Part shown: positions 60,980 through 64,000 of the stretch, piece after piece
Numbering within the stretch: position 1 is the first letter of the stretch
Layout of the letters: each line of letters opens with the position of its first letter
NCBI GenBank assembly: GCA_963924565.1
Contig: OZ004611.1
Coordinates: 25,606,001-25,670,000 of the forward strand
DNA from: Ascidiella aspersa
Taxonomy: Eukaryota
DNA length: 64,000 nt
Direction of reading: 5' to 3'
Notes under the pieces: generated by a model
The model's input: only the letters and a program-made list of their open reading frames with translations
Database searches by the model: none
What the model was told of the DNA's origin: nothing
Translations under genes and position numbers: made by a program

Positions 60980-62488
60980 TCAGCAAAGTTCAGCAAATTC
61001 CTTATTGCCTGCTCTGTCGAAGATCTTGGCGTGATAGGCGTGGTTGAATCCAACGCCTCCCAAAGCACCTATAGTTCCGGATAGAAGAGCCATGATAAAG
61101 CTGTAGCCGAACACAATTTCCTGTGATGCCAGACGGGGAAACATAAATGTGAGGGCGGCGGCGAGGGCTAAACATCCTGAAACGAAGCACCAGATGAAAC
61201 ATTTTCAGCCTTTTTTGGTAACTGAAGGTCAGCAAGCTTTCTTGATAAATAAAGGGTGTCAATCTTTTTCATGAACGGAATTACGGAGGTCATGCCCTGT
61301 GGAGCATCTATATACTGGGGTAAAGGGCACATTTTTATCCAAATCGCAATTTTTTTGATTCCCAAACGGGGAATGGATTATGACTATTCAGCTTAATTTA
61401 CTGAACTATTGATCATTTCATATCAAACCGAGTCATTTCACATCAAACCGGACAACCGGACGTTTTCCCCGAAGTATCAGGTATGGTACCGGTACAGTAA
61501 AACTGAACTCATTCGACATCCCTAGCTTAAAACTATGTATGTCCAAATTAAATACAATGGCTGAACGAACCTGAAGCGGCATAAACATAGTTGGCCTTCA
61601 TCAAAGACCTTGCGTCACTTTCCGCAATCGCACACGTCATTGCACATGCGCTGTAAGCGTTGCCAAGTAACGACAGCAGCATACACGTCAAGGGTACAAG
61701 GGCGTGGTTTTCTGCAAAATTGAAATTAAAATCAAAACGAAACAAACATCTTAGTTAGGATAAAGAATGTTCAAAACAAAAGTAATTTTTTTCTTTACTG
61801 TTTGTAGTCTACTTGTATGCAATCCCTACTTGTTTTACTATAACTAAAACTAAATACATGATCTCACGCATATTTATATGAAGAGCGCATGGTATTTTAC
61901 TGGAGTTGTTTGCATGATAGGGATTTCCGATAACATTGGATCGGAGTCGATACCCGATACCAATTGGCAGTATCCCTACTCGTCCGATACTAAGGTGGCA
62001 TCGGTGATGATGGCATACCAAAGTAACATAGAAATTTCAGCCACCTCAGCCATCAATTTTTTAAAGTTAAATTTACAAAATATATTTCTATACAGGATAA
62101 CTGAAGTTAACTAAACTTCCTAATAGTAAATCAAATTTTGGCGTAATAACATTTTGGATGTTTTAGTTTCCCCTATATTGCTAATTTGAGATGGCGATAC
62201 TTTTTGTCCAAATTATCGGGTATTGGAATATATATCGGACAACTCATATAACAACCCGATATACAGTAGCTAAAAATCTAACAGATAAATATATCATTGT
62301 TGTATAGAGTTACCAAAAAATTGCGTAAGGCATTCGTCTGTCTCGTCAAAGCACGTGCGAAAGAGTCCCAGTTTGAAAGTTCCACGTCGTCTCATCCAAG
62401 CCGAGGAAAACGTCGCAATGCAACAGGTGACGGTTGAGACCACGCTTAATACTAAGTTAAAGTGGACAGCAGTACGGCACATATCCAT
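60980..62488 (-). CDS. PMP22/EMP/claudin superfamily four-TM protein (~170 aa, 3 coding exons)
   Basis: Exons 62488-62314, 61711-61571, 61176-60980 (513 nt, phases consistent). W..GLF..C..C first-loop signature (AWMRRRGTFKLGLFRTCFDETDEC), four hydrophobic segments, and FGYSF before TM4. The start could extend upstream. Confidence 0.82.
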
Positions 62489-62523
62489 GGAAAGCTCGTC
62501 CTAATGTTAAACAGAGTCTACAC

Positions 62524-62949
62524 CAGGGGACATTAACCTTTTTTTGTATGTTTTACCCTTTTAACAAAGATAAATATCAGATTTACCCCAATATATAAAA
62601 TGGTGCTTATTTATTAAAAAACAAAAGAAACAAATGACATCAGTTATATTCGATGCGACAGCTGCCCTTGCGTTTTGGCAACGACAAATAAAGTAACTGC
62701 GGATAAGGAGATTGCCAATTAACATAAAAAAATATCAATTAGCAAAGCATAACGTTACGACACTAAACGATAAAGAATCAATGGGCTTCTAGGCTAGTTT
62801 CGAATTAGCAATTGATCTGAACTAGGAGAGTAGGCTACCAATACCTACAGCTGGCAAAAATTTTGTATATTTGATTAATAACTCATTTACCCCCTAAAAC
62901 GAGAAAAGTTATCCCCTGGGGTAAATTTACCCCAGGTTAAGAAAGGCTG
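62524..62949. mobile_element. hAT (Buster/Charlie-type) MITE
   Basis: cagggga...ttaacct / aggttaagaaaggctg termini, ttacccc repeats, 8-bp TSD gtctacac. Confidence 0.8.
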
Positions 62950-64000
62950 GTCTACACCGAATTTGGACTGAAGCTTAATCATGCTCAATATACGCATCAG
63001 TCCACAACACTGAAGTCAGACAGCATTGGGTAGTAAACGATCCAAGTGGGGGTTCGGTGCACTCTTTCAGTACTCATAGGTTGGTATCGGTGCGGACGTT
63101 TTATGCCTTGAAAGAGTATATGGAAATCAAAGAACTTTAGTACACTATGCACGGATCTGTAATGTAGCTTAATAATAAATTTCAGCATCTTGATAAAGAC
63201 GGTTTGCAGACATTTTCTGCAGCACTCGGACCATAAGGTTGATTTTTGCAAACCCGAATTGCTCGGAGGGGCTTCAGACGTGTTTAGATTGCGGCTACTC
63301 GAGTCGCTCTCTATTCAAGACTGCAGCCCTGAACTGAACGTCGACTTCTAGGCTAGTTTCGAAAAATTATTATTTTTTAAATAAAACGTTGCTTTTAATT
63401 TTTTTTGTTTCTTTAATAATGAGCTGCTTGTTTTTAATGCGTCAAGAAACTTAGATTTATTACAAGTTACAATTAAATAACTATTCTCTGTATTAAATGA
63501 CCAACATTTTTAGGTTGAACGGAACTATTATTGTATCCGAACCGGAACTTTTTAAACCGGTTTTGAAAATAAATATAGTTGAACCGGAGCTGAGCCGGAA
63601 CTTTTTAATTGCTCCAAACCGAAACCGAAACTGAACCGGATGCCAAAAATCTTTGAACCCGAACCGAACCTGAACCGGAAAAGTCAAACGGTTAGACTCC
63701 CTGCTTTTTAAGACTTGACATGGACTTAAGTTCTTGCACAAATTACTTGTCTGATGGGACTAGTCGTTTGCAAATGACTTGTTTAAAACATTGGACTACA
63801 GGCTAAGTTTATCTCTTCAAGTTATTTAGATCACCACACTTATTGACACAGCTATAGTTTAAAAGTAAACATTGATCGAAAAGGTAACGTTTTCCAATTA
63901 TTATAAAAAAAATAAACGGTTCTTCGTATACTGTGGTCGTGCTTAAAAGTTCAACTAGCAACTATTGTGTGAACTGTTTTGCACTCGCTTTATTAATCAC

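Noticed and set aside
62997-63300. 84-aa minus-strand ORF or possible exon
   Set aside because: Runs through a family A repeat tail, shows no recognisable homology, and could not be linked by phase to neighbouring exons.

Overview
Eukaryotic, AT-rich, intron-dense animal DNA; an invertebrate chordate such as an ascidian is an inference only. Four spliced genes were reconstructed by hand from GT-AG junctions and phase continuity. (1) RALBP1/RLIP76 on the minus strand, running off the window start. (2) A ~789-aa low-complexity orphan-like gene on the plus strand. (3) A complete 38-coding-exon ABCC1/MRP1-like transporter on the minus strand (~1546 aa). (4) A 170-aa PMP22/claudin-superfamily gene on the minus strand. 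A frameshifted Buster/SPIN-type hAT transposon and many MITEs with 8-bp TSDs are also present. The most striking unexplained structure is a set of short (80-350 bp) non-coding insertions sharing one architecture: 10-13 bp TSD, inverted terminal copy, direct copy, unique tail, TSD. Several carry minimal type-I hammerhead ribozymes of the Penelope-like-element kind, including an intact one at 40878-40914 in the sense strand of an ABCC intron. Another family with the same architecture carries a complete tRNA-like Pol III cassette as internal cargo rather than as a SINE head.
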